DNA of 64,000 bases from Thermoplasmatota archaeon (GCA_038818725.1 JAWAYL010000003.1:1791-65790); one strand, 5' to 3'. Positions 41,482 through 52,138 are shown, counted from the stretch's first letter. Program-made: numbers and translations. Notes: generated by a model from the sequence alone, not told the origin.

Positions 41482-42957
41482 TCAGATTATTAAACTTTTA
41501 CTCATTTCTTTTGGCTTTTCTAATCCCATTATTTCAAGAATTGTTGGTGCTATATTTCCAAGAACTCCTTTATTTAATTTCAAATCTAAACCAGCAACAA
41601 TAAATGGAACCGGATTTTTTGTATGAGATGTTTTAATTTCATTATCCTCAAACATTTCTTCAGCATTTCCATGGTCTGCGGTTATTATCGCAATTCCTTT
41701 TTTTCTTAGCACCACATCAACTATTTTTCCAACGCATTCATCCACTACTTCAATTGCTTTTAATGTAGCATGCCAGCAGCCCGTATGCCCAACCATATCA
41801 GGATTTGCATAATTTATAACAATAAAATCATATTTTTCTATATTTTTTAACGCAATTTCTGTTATTTCATAAGCACTCATCTCTGGTTTTGTATCATAGG
41901 TTGCAACTTTTGGGGAAGGAATAAGAATTCTTTCTTCTCCTTCAAAAGGATTTTCTCTTCCCCCGTTAAAAAAATATGTTACATGAGCATATTTTTCAGT
42001 TTCAGCAATTCTAAGCTGCTTTAGCCCATTTAAAGAAATTATTTCGCCAATTGTATTTTTAATATTTTCAGTTTCAAAAGCAAAAGGAACCGGCAGTGAT
42101 GCATCATATCTTGTTAGAGTTATAAAATGAATTTTTAGGGGCAAGCGAGGAAATGCATTAAAGTCATCTCTTGTAAAAGCTTCAGTTAGCTGTCTTGCCC
42201 TATCGGCACGAAAATTGAAGAATACTACAACATCTCCATTTTTTATTCTCCCCTTTTCATTTATTACTGTTGGGCTAATAAATTCATCTGTTTCGCCTTG
42301 CATATATGCTATTTTTATTCCTTCTTCCGCATTTTTTACTTTTCTTCTTCTCCCTTTAACAAGCATATCATAAGCTTTTTTTGTTCTATCCCATCTTCTA
42401 TCTCTATCCATTGCAAAATATCTTCCGATTAAGCTCGCTATTTCTCCAATGCCTATTTCACATATTTTATCTTCAAGTTGCTTTATATATTCCATTGCAC
42501 TTTTTGGAGGAGTATCTCTTCCATCAAGGAAACAATGTATATATACTTCCTTCACCCCATTAATTTTTGCCATTTCAAGAAGAGCATATAGATGTTCCAT
42601 CATTGAATGCACCCCCCCATCGCCTATTAAACCAATTAAATGAAGCCTACTTTTTTTTGCTTTTTCCATTGCTTCATTCAAAACTTTATTTTCAAAAAAA
42701 CTCCCATCTTTTATTGCTCTTAAAATTTTAAGAGATTCCTGCTCAACAATTCTGCCCGCCCCTATATTTATATGCCCAACTTCAGAATTGCCCGCAAGCC
42801 AAAAAGGCAGGCCAACGTTTTCACCACTTGCTTCCAGTATTGTTTTAGAAAAAATTTTCCAATACCTATTGAAATTTGGCTTCTTTGCATAATAAATCGC
42901 ATTACCTCTCTTTCTGTTGCTATGACCCCAGCCATCAAGTATGGCAAGTAAAATCAT
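41482..42957 (-). CDS. gpmI: 2,3-BPG-independent phosphoglycerate mutase (bacterial GpmI type)
   Basis: ILDGWG, GNSEVGH, GRYFAMDRD, AETEKYAHVT, DMVGHTG, TADHGNAE. Confidence 0.96.
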   Translation of the reverse strand: MILLAILDGWGHSNRKRGNAIYYAKKPNFNRYWKIFSKTILEASGENVGLPFWLAGNSEVGHINIGAGRIVEQESLKILRAIKDGSFFENKVLNEAMEKAKKSRLHLIGLIGDGGVHSMMEHLYALLEMAKINGVKEVYIHCFLDGRDTPPKSAMEYIKQLEDKICEIGIGEIASLIGRYFAMDRDRRWDRTKKAYDMLVKGRRRKVKNAEEGIKIAYMQGETDEFISPTVINEKGRIKNGDVVVFFNFRADRARQLTEAFTRDDFNAFPRLPLKIHFITLTRYDASLPVPFAFETENIKNTIGEIISLNGLKQLRIAETEKYAHVTYFFNGGRENPFEGEERILIPSPKVATYDTKPEMSAYEITEIALKNIEKYDFIVINYANPDMVGHTGCWHATLKAIEVVDECVGKIVDVVLRKKGIAIITADHGNAEEMFEDNEIKTSHTKNPVPFIVAGLDLKLNKGVLGNIAPTILEIMGLEKPKEMSKSLII

Positions 42958-42997
42958 TCTTTTCTTTATGCTTTACATAAATAAAAATTTTGGGAAG

Positions 42998-43113
42998 GGC
43001 CCGGGCCGGGATTTTCAAGCAACTTGCTTTAATGCGCAACTTGCACAAGTTGCAGTTTGAACCCGGGTCAAGGGATCCACAGTCCCTTATGTTACCGCTA
43101 CACCACCCAGGCC
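42998..43113 (-). tRNA. tRNA-His(GTG) with encoded G-1 and a 44-nt intron at 59/60 (43012..43055)
   Basis: G-GCCTGGG/CCCGGGC-C, AGGGA-CTGTGGA-TCCCT, T arm CCGGG-TTCAAA|insert|T-CCCGG. Confidence 0.93.
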
Positions 43114-43164
43114 ACAAACATGAAAAAATTATTGATTAATAATTTTTTGCCTTGTAAAAGCCTT

Positions 43165-44412
43165 TTAAAGCCATATAATCTGCAGAAAGAGATGAGAAAC
43201 TGCAACTGCAATTAATGTAAATGGTAAGCTTATTTTCAAATATTCTTTCAATTTTATTTTATATCCATTTTTTTCAAGAATCCCGCAAGCAAAAACATTT
43301 GCAGTTGCCCCTATGGGTGTGATGTTTCCTCCTATGCCTGTTCCTATAAGCATTCCAAAAAGAAGAGGATAAGGAGAAATGCTTAAAATGCTTGCTATTT
43401 GCCTGCATACAGGGATCATAATTATTGTATATGGCACATTATCAACAAAAGAAGAAATTGCTACTGAGAGCCAGACAATCATTGCAACCATTATACTCGA
43501 GCTTTTTATTCCAATTTTTCCAAACCATTTTGAAAAATCACTAAGCAAGCCAGTTAATTCAAGAGATGAAACAACAACAAATATGCCCGTTATAAAAAAG
43601 AAAGAATTCCAATCAAATTCAAAAATCATTTTCTTTAAATTTTTTCTTCCAAAGGCAAGAGAAATTAAGCCTACAGTTAAGCCAACAATTCCAACTTTTA
43701 TTCCAAAATATGGACATATTGCAAGTGCTAAAACACCTCCAATAAAAATAATTGATGGAATATAATCAACCCTTATCTTTTCATCTTCCATTTCAAAAGA
43801 TTTATTCATTTTTCTAAAAATTAATAGGAGGGAAAGTAAAGCGGAGATAACTCCAAAAATAGATAATGTACCAATACTTATCTTATTGGAAAACCAGTAA
43901 AAATCAAAAAATTTCATTCCAGTTTCTATAGCAAGAATAATTGATGGCGGGTCTGCAATCATTGTGACTGTTGTTGCAACATTTGAACTTATTGCAATTG
44001 GAACAAGATAATAGAAAAGATTTGATTTGAGCCTTTTTGCAACTTCTATTGCAACTGGAGCCATAATAAGAACAACTCCAACATTTTCCATAAAAGAAGA
44101 AATAAAAGCAGTTATTGCACATAGAACAAATATAACATATTTTTCTTTTTTAAATTTTTTTATTATCTTATGAGCGATAAATGATGGCACTCCGCTTTCC
44201 AAAAAAATATATGAAACCATCATGAAACCCCAGTAAATTGCTAAAACATCCCATTTTATTGCTTCAAAAAGAGCATATCTTGCGGGCACAATATCAAGCA
44301 AAATAAGTAAAATTGCAGAGATAATTGCTGGATAAACTATTTTTATTTTTCTTGAAATTGCCATCGAATAACATATTACAAATACTAACAATGCTATTAT
44401 CTTTCCATCCAT
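43165..44412 (-). CDS. ArsB/NhaD (SLC13/CitMHS-like) permease
   Basis: Polytopic membrane protein; TMIADPPS, SSFVDNVP, GGNITPIGATAN. Confidence 0.88.
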   Translation of the reverse strand: MDGKIIALLVFVICYSMAISRKIKIVYPAIISAILLILLDIVPARYALFEAIKWDVLAIYWGFMMVSYIFLESGVPSFIAHKIIKKFKKEKYVIFVLCAITAFISSFMENVGVVLIMAPVAIEVAKRLKSNLFYYLVPIAISSNVATTVTMIADPPSIILAIETGMKFFDFYWFSNKISIGTLSIFGVISALLSLLLIFRKMNKSFEMEDEKIRVDYIPSIIFIGGVLALAICPYFGIKVGIVGLTVGLISLAFGRKNLKKMIFEFDWNSFFFITGIFVVVSSLELTGLLSDFSKWFGKIGIKSSSIMVAMIVWLSVAISSFVDNVPYTIIMIPVCRQIASILSISPYPLLFGMLIGTGIGGNITPIGATANVFACGILEKNGYKIKLKEYLKISLPFTLIAVAVSHLFLQIIWL

Positions 44413-44588
44413 TCAAGAGGAATTTGTTATTCATATATAATTTTGTTGAAAACTCTTGCAGTATTTCCGCATGTTGAATAGGGAGGGCAAGGGAATAAGA
44501 TCATGTTTTTGGTAATAATCTGGAGTGAAAATTTGTTGAAAAAGCTTCATATGATAAAATTTAAGTATTCTTTACATATTCACCCGAT

Positions 44589-46508
44589 ATGAAAGAGATA
44601 TCAAAAGAAATAATATCGCCACCAGATGAGTTTGTTAATAAAGCATTGATAAAGGATAAAAAAGTATATGAAGAAGGAGAGAACTATATTGAATTCTGGG
44701 AAAAAAGAGCAAAGGAAATGATTTATTGGTATAAAAAATGGGATAAAGTTCTGGATGCAAATCCTCCTTATTATAAATGGTTTATAAATGGAAAATTAAA
44801 TGCTTCATATAATTGTCTTGATAGATGGCTTAAAGATAAGGGAGATAAAATTGCATATATATGGGAAGGAGAAATGGGGGAGGTTAAAAAAATAACATAT
44901 AAGCAACTACATCATGAAGTATGCAGATTTGCAAATGCGTTAAAAAGCATAGGAGTTAAAAAAGGAGATATTGTCACAATCTATCTTCCCATGGTGCTTG
45001 AATTACCGATAGCGATGCTCGCTTGCGCCAGGATAGGGGCGCCTCATTCAGTTGTTTTTGCTGGGTTTAGCAGTGAAGCGCTGAAAGACAGGATGGAGGA
45101 TGCGGGCTCGAGATATTTGATAACATGCGATGGCTACTATAGGAGAGGGAAATTGATAAATCATAAGGAAAAGGCAGATGAGGGAATTAAAAATCTAGAT
45201 GTTGAGAAAGTAGTTGTTGCAAAAAGATTAGAGGAAGAAGTGAATATGAAAGAAGGGCGTGATATATGGTGGGATGAAATTGTTAAAAATATGCCGAGCA
45301 AATGCGAGCCAGAAATAATGGATGCGTGCGATTTACTATTTTTAATGTATACATCTGGAACAACTGGCAAACCAAAAGGAGTTATGCACAGCACAGGTGG
45401 CTATCTTGTTGGAGTTACAACAACAATGAAATGGGTTTTTGATATAAAAGATGAAGATATTTTCTGGTGCACCGCAGATATTGGATGGATTACAGGGCAC
45501 AGCTATATTGTTTATGGGCCTCTTGCAACAGCAACAACAAGCATAATATATGAAGGAGCTCCTGATTATCCAACACCTGGCAGATGGTGGGAGATAATAG
45601 AGAAATATAAAGTTACAATATTTTATACCGCTCCGACTGCAATAAGAATGGCAATGAAATGGGGTGAAAAATGGCCAAATGAACATGATTTAAGCAGTTT
45701 GCGCCTCCTTGGCTCAGTTGGAGAACCAATAAATCCTGAAGCATGGCTGTGGTATTATAATGTAATTGGCAAAAGAAGATGCCCCATTGTGGATACTTGG
45801 TGGATGACCGAAACTGGCATGCATTTAATAACTCCATTGCCAGGCATAACAAAACTAAAGCCAGGCTCCGCAACATTTCCTTTCCCTGGAGTGAAAGCAG
45901 AAGTAAGAGATGAAAATGGTATTTGTCCAGTTGGTCAGAAAGGAGAACTTGTTATAACTAGGCCTTGGCCATCAATGCTTCTTGGTTTATATAGAGCAGA
46001 TGATAAATACATTGAAGAATATTGGAGTAAATACGGATATGATAAATTTTATACAGGAGATGGGGCATTAGTGGATGAAGATGGCTACTTCTGGCTTCTT
46101 GGAAGAATTGGAGATGTATTGAATGTCGCAGGCCATCGCCTTGGAACCGCGGAAGTTGAAAGTGCTTTAATAACCCATCCAGCGGTTGCAGAAACTGCGG
46201 TTGTTGCAATAAATCATGAAATAAAGGGGCAGGCGCCGCTAGCTTATGTTGTGCTTAAAGAAGGATTTAAGCCAAGTGAGGAACTGAAAAAAGAATTGAT
46301 AAAACAAGTTGATAAAATAATAGGTCCAACTGCAAGACCAGAGGACATAATATTTGTTGACGATTTGCCAAAAACAAGAAGCGGAAAAATAATGAGAAGA
46401 TTGCTAAAACAAATTGCAAACAATGAAATGCTTGGGGATATAACAACTCTAAGAAATCCAGAAATTGTTGAGCATATAAAAGAAGCATTTGAAAAGCGAA
46501 AAGTTTAG
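44589..46508 (+). CDS. acs: AMP-forming acetyl-CoA synthetase
   Basis: YTSGTTGKPKG, WCTADIGWITGHSY, SVGEPINPE, LPKTRSGKIMRR. Confidence 0.96.
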   Translation: MKEISKEIISPPDEFVNKALIKDKKVYEEGENYIEFWEKRAKEMIYWYKKWDKVLDANPPYYKWFINGKLNASYNCLDRWLKDKGDKIAYIWEGEMGEVKKITYKQLHHEVCRFANALKSIGVKKGDIVTIYLPMVLELPIAMLACARIGAPHSVVFAGFSSEALKDRMEDAGSRYLITCDGYYRRGKLINHKEKADEGIKNLDVEKVVVAKRLEEEVNMKEGRDIWWDEIVKNMPSKCEPEIMDACDLLFLMYTSGTTGKPKGVMHSTGGYLVGVTTTMKWVFDIKDEDIFWCTADIGWITGHSYIVYGPLATATTSIIYEGAPDYPTPGRWWEIIEKYKVTIFYTAPTAIRMAMKWGEKWPNEHDLSSLRLLGSVGEPINPEAWLWYYNVIGKRRCPIVDTWWMTETGMHLITPLPGITKLKPGSATFPFPGVKAEVRDENGICPVGQKGELVITRPWPSMLLGLYRADDKYIEEYWSKYGYDKFYTGDGALVDEDGYFWLLGRIGDVLNVAGHRLGTAEVESALITHPAVAETAVVAINHEIKGQAPLAYVVLKEGFKPSEELKKELIKQVDKIIGPTARPEDIIFVDDLPKTRSGKIMRRLLKQIANNEMLGDITTLRNPEIVEHIKEAFEKRKV

Positions 46509-46537
46509 AAACATGAAATGTATATATAAGTGATAAA

Positions 46538-47209
46538 ATGGATAACATCTCGATTACAATAGTAGCTATCTTATTATTCCTTTTTGCATGGTTAGGAGCA
46601 ATGATTATTACAACAAAACCGAAAGAAGAAGAGGAAAAAGAAGAAATTGAGGAAAAAAGCGAGATAGATATTTACAAGAAGAGAATTGAAGAGCTTGAGG
46701 AAAAAATAAGAAAGATTGAAGAAGAAAAGCCAACAAATGAAAAATTGCTTACATGGCTTAGTGAATTGTATAGAGAAAATGAAATTTTGAAGATGAGGCT
46801 TTCACATATTGAAAATTTACCAAAGGGCGATTTAATGAAATACGAAGATGAAAAACTTTTGCAAGAATTAGAAGCCCATAAAAAGAAAATTGTGGAACTT
46901 GAAAATGAGATAAGGGAGCTAAAAAACAGTATAAATTATTACAGAGATTTGGTAAGCAAGTTACAGGGAAGCTACACTGTTTTAAATAAATATAACTATA
47001 GAGTATGTATAAGAGATATAGAAACAGGGGAATATAAATATGAACTTGTAAAACTTCCACACGATTTTGATCCCTTTAATCCAACATATATAACAAAAGA
47101 TGGAACCGAGGTTTATGAAGAATATGGAATAAGAATACCAACAAAATTGGGAGATATAATAAGAGAAGAATTCAAGAAAGATATTTTTAAAGAAATTGAA
47201 TTTAAATGA
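46538..47209 (+). CDS. Membrane-anchored coiled-coil hypothetical protein
   Basis: N-terminal TM helix, long E/K heptad region, small globular C-terminus. Confidence 0.7.
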   Translation: MDNISITIVAILLFLFAWLGAMIITTKPKEEEEKEEIEEKSEIDIYKKRIEELEEKIRKIEEEKPTNEKLLTWLSELYRENEILKMRLSHIENLPKGDLMKYEDEKLLQELEAHKKKIVELENEIRELKNSINYYRDLVSKLQGSYTVLNKYNYRVCIRDIETGEYKYELVKLPHDFDPFNPTYITKDGTEVYEEYGIRIPTKLGDIIREEFKKDIFKEIEFK

Positions 47210-48516
47210 ACTGGACAGAAAAATATAGACCAAAGAGTTTAAAAGATATTGTTGGTAATCATGAAGCAATTTCTGAATTAAAAAAATGGGCTGAGGAATG
47301 GAAAAACAATAAGCCAGAAAAAAAAGCAGTCATATTATATGGTAAGCCAGGTGTTGGAAAAACATCTTCCGCATATGCTCTTGCCAATGATTTTGGATGG
47401 TATGTAATAGAGCTTAATGCAAGCGATGAAAGGAGCAGGAGCGCTATCGAGGAAATTGCGCTGGCGGGCGCAATGAATGAGGCAATTGGCTACGAGAGCA
47501 AACACTGGAAGGAAGGAATTAAAAAATTGATTATCTTGGATGAGGCGGATAACTTATATGAAAAAGAGGGTGATTTTGGAGGGAAAGCAGCCATAATAGA
47601 AACAATAAAGAAGAGCAAACAGCCGATAGTAATTATAGCAAATGACCTTTATGAACTATTTAAAAATGCTGACGAACTAAAAAAAATTTGTAAGTTAATT
47701 GAATTTAAGAAAATAAAAAATGAAGAAATTGTGGGATTGCTAAAAAAAATTTGCTTTCAAGAAGGAATAATCTGTGATGAAATATTACTTTATACAATAG
47801 CAAACCGTAGTGGAGGAGACCTAAGAAGCGCAATCAACGATTTGCAAGCAATATCTTATACCAAAAGAGTAGGAGTTGAAATGCTTTCCTGCATTGGATA
47901 CAGAGATAGAGAGACTGGTATTTTTGAAGGAATCAGAAAAGTTCTGGAAGCAAGAGATATGAGAACAGCTATAAAAATTTTAAGAGAAATTGATGAAACA
48001 CCAGAGGATTTAATAATATGGATAGATGAAAATTTGCCCCATCTATTTCATCTTTCAGATTTAAAAGACGCATATTATTATCTTTCTAGAGCAGACATAT
48101 TCCTTGGAAGAAAATGGAAAAGACAGTATTATGGAATGTGGAGTTATGCAAGCGAGTTAATGAGTGGAGGGGTTGCAATTATAAGAAAAAAAGAATTAAA
48201 AGGTAAAGCTTGCTATTTTCCAATCTGGCTTAAGGAAATGTCAAAAAGTAAAGCCATCAGAAAAGCAAAGTTAAGCGCAGCAAAAAAAATAGGAGAAAAA
48301 ATTCATGCATCATCTAAAAAAACATTTGAAATTGTTGAAATTTTAAGAAATTTACTGCTCAGTGAAGAAGGAATAAAAATACTTTCAAAATTTGAGCTGA
48401 GCGAAGAAGAAATTTCTGCAATTCTAAGCGTAAATAAAGAAAGAGCAAAAGAGATATATGAAAATATTAAAAAATATGAAATGAAGAGTAAGCAATCTCT
48501 TCTTTTCCAGTTTTAG
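47206..48516 (+). CDS. rfcL: Replication factor C large subunit
   Basis: WTEKYRP, GKPGVGKT, ELNASD, DEAD, GDLRSAINDL, C-terminal PIP-like QSLLFQF. Confidence 0.95.
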   Translation: MNWTEKYRPKSLKDIVGNHEAISELKKWAEEWKNNKPEKKAVILYGKPGVGKTSSAYALANDFGWYVIELNASDERSRSAIEEIALAGAMNEAIGYESKHWKEGIKKLIILDEADNLYEKEGDFGGKAAIIETIKKSKQPIVIIANDLYELFKNADELKKICKLIEFKKIKNEEIVGLLKKICFQEGIICDEILLYTIANRSGGDLRSAINDLQAISYTKRVGVEMLSCIGYRDRETGIFEGIRKVLEARDMRTAIKILREIDETPEDLIIWIDENLPHLFHLSDLKDAYYYLSRADIFLGRKWKRQYYGMWSYASELMSGGVAIIRKKELKGKACYFPIWLKEMSKSKAIRKAKLSAAKKIGEKIHASSKKTFEIVEILRNLLLSEEGIKILSKFELSEEEISAILSVNKERAKEIYENIKKYEMKSKQSLLFQF

Positions 48517-48612
48517 AAACCTATGGAAAGAAATATTTATTAAATCCACTATTCCTATTAATAAATTGAAGGATGGTTAATTATTTATATTGAGAATAAA
48601 ATTCGTAAAAAT

Positions 48613-49536
48613 ATGGATTATGAAATTGCTATAATCGGGGCTGGTCCGGCGGGTTGCACAGCTGGCATATATGCGGGGAGAGGAGGGGCGAGCGTAGTTA
48701 TTTTTGATAAGGGAATGGGTGGAGGGCTTGCAGTAAATTCGCCAAGAATAGAAAATTATCCGGGCTTTTTAAGTATAAGTGGGGCTGAACTGATGGAAAA
48801 AATGAAAGAGCATGCATCGCAATATGCTGAAATAAGATTTTTTGAAGGAGTAAAAGATATAAAAATTGGTGAAGAAATTGAAGTTATAACAGATAAGGGA
48901 AGATATTATGTAAAGGCGGTTATAATATGCACTGGCACAGAGCCGAGGAAATTAAATGTTAAGGGAGAGGAAAAATTTATTGGAAGAGGAGTTAGCTATT
49001 GTGCTACCTGTGATGGAATCTTTTTTAAAGGGAAAAAAGTGGCGGTGGTTGGTGGAGGCAACACTGCAATAATAGAGGCAATATATTTAACCAATATAGG
49101 GGCTAATGTAAGTGTAATTCACAGAAGAGATGAACTTAGGGCGGAAAAGATAATTGAAGAGGAGGCAAAAGCTAAAGGAGTAAATTTCATATGGAATAGT
49201 GTTGTTGAAGAAATATTTGGGAAAGAAAAAGTTGAGGGAATTAAAATAAGAAATGTTAAGACAAATGAAATAAAAGAAATGGGCGTAGATGGAATTTTTG
49301 TTTCTATTGGTGAAGAGCCAAATAATGAAATTGCAAAAAAAATTGGCTTGGCTTTAGATGAACATGGATTTATAAAAGCAGATGATATGGGAAGAACAAG
49401 CATTGATAGAATTTTTGCGGCAGGCGACATTACTGGCGGCATAAGGCAAATCATAACTGCTTGCTCGCAAGGAGCAAAAGCAGCAATATCAGCAATGAAG
49501 GCGATAGGAAAAAGAAGTATTTGGATTGTAGAATGA
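48613..49536 (+). CDS. trxB: Thioredoxin reductase
   Basis: IIGAGPAG, GVSYCATCDG, VVGGGNTA, AAGD. Confidence 0.95.
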   Translation: MDYEIAIIGAGPAGCTAGIYAGRGGASVVIFDKGMGGGLAVNSPRIENYPGFLSISGAELMEKMKEHASQYAEIRFFEGVKDIKIGEEIEVITDKGRYYVKAVIICTGTEPRKLNVKGEEKFIGRGVSYCATCDGIFFKGKKVAVVGGGNTAIIEAIYLTNIGANVSVIHRRDELRAEKIIEEEAKAKGVNFIWNSVVEEIFGKEKVEGIKIRNVKTNEIKEMGVDGIFVSIGEEPNNEIAKKIGLALDEHGFIKADDMGRTSIDRIFAAGDITGGIRQIITACSQGAKAAISAMKAIGKRSIWIVE

Positions 49537-49585
49537 ATAAAATTTCAGGAGTTTTCCGGATCTATTTGAAAAAGTGAAAGAAGGG

Positions 49586-51448
49586 TTAAGGATATCCTCC
49601 TATTTTTAAGCTTGGGTCGCCTAGCAATACCCATTCCTCAACTGTTTTACAATCAATCACATCTTTCATTGGGTCGCGAACCGCTATATAGTCAATTATT
49701 GCAGTTCCCCATGCTTCACCGAGCATATCTTTTCCTTTAGCTCCGTATGCACGGAAAAATCTCTCTTCTATGAATCCGCCAAAGTATTCAACTTCGTCCG
49801 GCACACCATTTTTGTTGTCATCATATCCACCTCCATGCCCATAGCCCAAGCCAGTGTTTCCAAAAGTGGCTATTGCTCCTTTATTTGCCATCTTCACTAA
49901 ATGCCAGCTAAAGCATTCATATGTTGGCTGATATGTCCATGGATTTTGCAGATCATCAAGCAAGCTTATATTAAATTCGCTGTTATGGCATCCTCCTATA
50001 ACTACAATTGGCTGCTTTTCTCCATTGCTAAGTAAATCCATATTGTAGGTCATCAATCCATTTACCCATGGTCCTTCTCCATTTTTGAAATGAGTTGCCC
50101 ATGCAGTTGGACTTCCATGTCCATCCATCGCAACAAAACCAAAGCCATTGCTCCAAGTTTTTATTACATTTATCCATGCAAATCTGCCAGCAAGAGGAGC
50201 AGGTTCAACATGTCCATATGTAAGGGTTCCATCAGATACATATAAACTTGTTTTAACAAACTTGCTCGCCATATAGTTATTATAGAACCAAGAAGTAGAA
50301 ACTTCTCCTTCAAAAACATCATTTCCTCCAAAAGTATCTCCTCCAATTAAAAGCATCTTTTTAAACCATTCTTTGCCATATGCATTGTTTTCATAATTAA
50401 CTATTTTATCAATCACATTCTGCAATTCCTTCAAGCTTTGACAAGCAAGTCTACCAACATATACATCTGGAGCTAAATCCAGCTTATCTTTTCCATATTT
50501 AAATGACCAAGCTCCAAAAACACCATCTCCATTTGTATCCCATGAAGAGAATGAGCCATCCGCATTATATATATCTGCAAAATATAAATCGCTTAAATAT
50601 CCAAATTCTTCCCGATCATCAAGAGCAGCATATCTTACAGGACAGTACCATAGAGCATCGTTGCTTGTTGTGGCTCCGTCCATCCCCCAGTTGCCGGTGA
50701 GATATGATCTTTTACCACCTACAAGCATAACATATTTTATTCCATATTTTTCGAGCACATCTTTTATGAAATACTTCACTTTTTCTGCACCATCCCTTCC
50801 TTCATAATTTGAATAAATGTTTTCAACCTTCTCAGAAATTACTCTTAAACCTTTTTCCTCTTTGTGTTGAATCAACCTTGCTATTTCATTTTCCCATTCT
50901 GAAGGATATATTATTAGCAAATCTTTTTCACTTTCACTCACCCCTTTATTTGGCAAATCGTGTGTAATTTTAATTTCAAAATCATTTGCTATTTCAACCA
51001 TATTCTCTTTTGCAATGTACCTCACTGGATATAAATGAATTGCAACAATCGTAGATAGCTTGCCTTCATAAAGCCCACCATATTCATTAATGGTATACCA
51101 TTCCTGTGGATATATTTCATATGCTTCACCATCCCCTTCATATTTTATATTTGTTCCATATGCGACCGCAGGCGGAGCGACAATTATGCTTGCTTTCTTC
51201 TTTTCTATTCCTTTTGGATTGCACTCTATGCTAACCTTTGTTCCAAGAGGAAACACATATGTTTTTACATAATAGGGCAACATTGGTTTTCCTGGAGATG
51301 AAGTATAGTAAGCATCGCTGTATTTTCCCCCATATATTTCCGCATATTCAATTTCTTCAAAATTTTTTGTGCTTTTTCTGTTATCCAAGCTTACAGCACT
51401 TAAAACAAGCATCATTAAAACTATTCCTGCTATACCTACTTTCCTCAT
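49586..51448 (-). CDS. Secreted C25 (gingipain-like) cysteine peptidase with propeptide
   Basis: Signal peptide, PGKPMLP propeptide, SDLYFAD, VYVGRL, GHG, GGC, LGDP. Confidence 0.88.
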   Translation of the reverse strand: MRKVGIAGIVLMMLVLSAVSLDNRKSTKNFEEIEYAEIYGGKYSDAYYTSSPGKPMLPYYVKTYVFPLGTKVSIECNPKGIEKKKASIIVAPPAVAYGTNIKYEGDGEAYEIYPQEWYTINEYGGLYEGKLSTIVAIHLYPVRYIAKENMVEIANDFEIKITHDLPNKGVSESEKDLLIIYPSEWENEIARLIQHKEEKGLRVISEKVENIYSNYEGRDGAEKVKYFIKDVLEKYGIKYVMLVGGKRSYLTGNWGMDGATTSNDALWYCPVRYAALDDREEFGYLSDLYFADIYNADGSFSSWDTNGDGVFGAWSFKYGKDKLDLAPDVYVGRLACQSLKELQNVIDKIVNYENNAYGKEWFKKMLLIGGDTFGGNDVFEGEVSTSWFYNNYMASKFVKTSLYVSDGTLTYGHVEPAPLAGRFAWINVIKTWSNGFGFVAMDGHGSPTAWATHFKNGEGPWVNGLMTYNMDLLSNGEKQPIVVIGGCHNSEFNISLLDDLQNPWTYQPTYECFSWHLVKMANKGAIATFGNTGLGYGHGGGYDDNKNGVPDEVEYFGGFIEERFFRAYGAKGKDMLGEAWGTAIIDYIAVRDPMKDVIDCKTVEEWVLLGDPSLKIGGYP

Positions 51449-51537
51449 TTTATCACCTTTTTTAAATACAATTTAGAATATAATTTTTGCGATGAACTGC
51501 TAACCACTATGTTTATATATAACTAAAATATTTCTCA

Positions 51538-51555
51538 TGCCTATGATAGGAGGCG
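51538..51555 (+). promoter_or_regulatory. Putative k-turn-like element in the l7ae 5' UTR overlapping the GGAGG RBS
   Basis: GCC-UAU-GA-UAG-GA-GGC fold; TATA-like TTTATATA at 51512-51519. Confidence 0.55.
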
Positions 51556-51561
51556 ATATAA

Positions 51562-51927
51562 ATGCCAATCTATGTAAAATTCGAAGTACCGGATGAGTTA
51601 GTCAAAAAATTGTATGAGCTGGTTGAAAAAGCAAGAAATAGTGGAAAAATAAAGAAGGGTGCAAATGAAGTAACAAAATCGGTTGAAAGAGGAGAGGCAA
51701 AGCTTGTTATAATGGCAAAAGATGTTTCTCCAGAAGAAATTCTTGCCCATATGCCATATCTATGTGATGAAAAAAACATTCTATACTCTTATGTTCCTTC
51801 AAAAGAAGAGTTGGGGCGCTCTGCGGGCTTGCAGGTTGCGACTTCTGTTGTTGCAATAGTAAATGAAGGAGATGCAAAAGAGATTTTTGAAGAAATTGTT
51901 AAAAAAGTAAAGGAGATAAAGGGATGA
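51562..51927 (+). CDS. rpl7ae: 50S ribosomal protein L7Ae
   Basis: [33 protein letters not shown]. Confidence 0.97.
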   Translation: MPIYVKFEVPDELVKKLYELVEKARNSGKIKKGANEVTKSVERGEAKLVIMAKDVSPEEILAHMPYLCDEKNILYSYVPSKEELGRSAGLQVATSVVAIVNEGDAKEIFEEIVKKVKEIKG

Positions 51928-51928
51928 A

Positions 51929-52138
51929 ATGCCTGAGGAAAGTATTCCAGCAGAGGTAGTGGAAATTATTGGCAGGACAGGAATGTGCGGGGAAGTATTG
52001 CAGGTGAGAGTAAAAATTCTTGAAGGGAGAGATAAAAATAGAGTTATAACAAGAAATGTGATGGGCCCTGTAAGGAAGGGGGATATATTAATGCTCAGGG
52101 AAGCAGAAAGGGAAGCAAGAAAGCTGAGTGTGAAATAA
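51929..52138 (+). CDS. rps28e: 30S ribosomal protein S28e
   Basis: [22 protein letters not shown]. Confidence 0.97.
   Translation: MPEESIPAEVVEIIGRTGMCGEVLQVRVKILEGRDKNRVITRNVMGPVRKGDILMLREAEREARKLSVK

Noticed and set aside
42935..43117. 60-aa ORF on the minus strand, and similar ORFs at 53875..54069 and 35150..35422
   Set aside because: They are translations through intron-containing tRNA genes
44413..44588. TTTGTTGAAAA repeated twice and a purine-rich patch upstream of acs, possible C/D RNA or operator
   Set aside because: No canonical C or D boxes, and such a repeat is plausible by chance in AT-rich DNA
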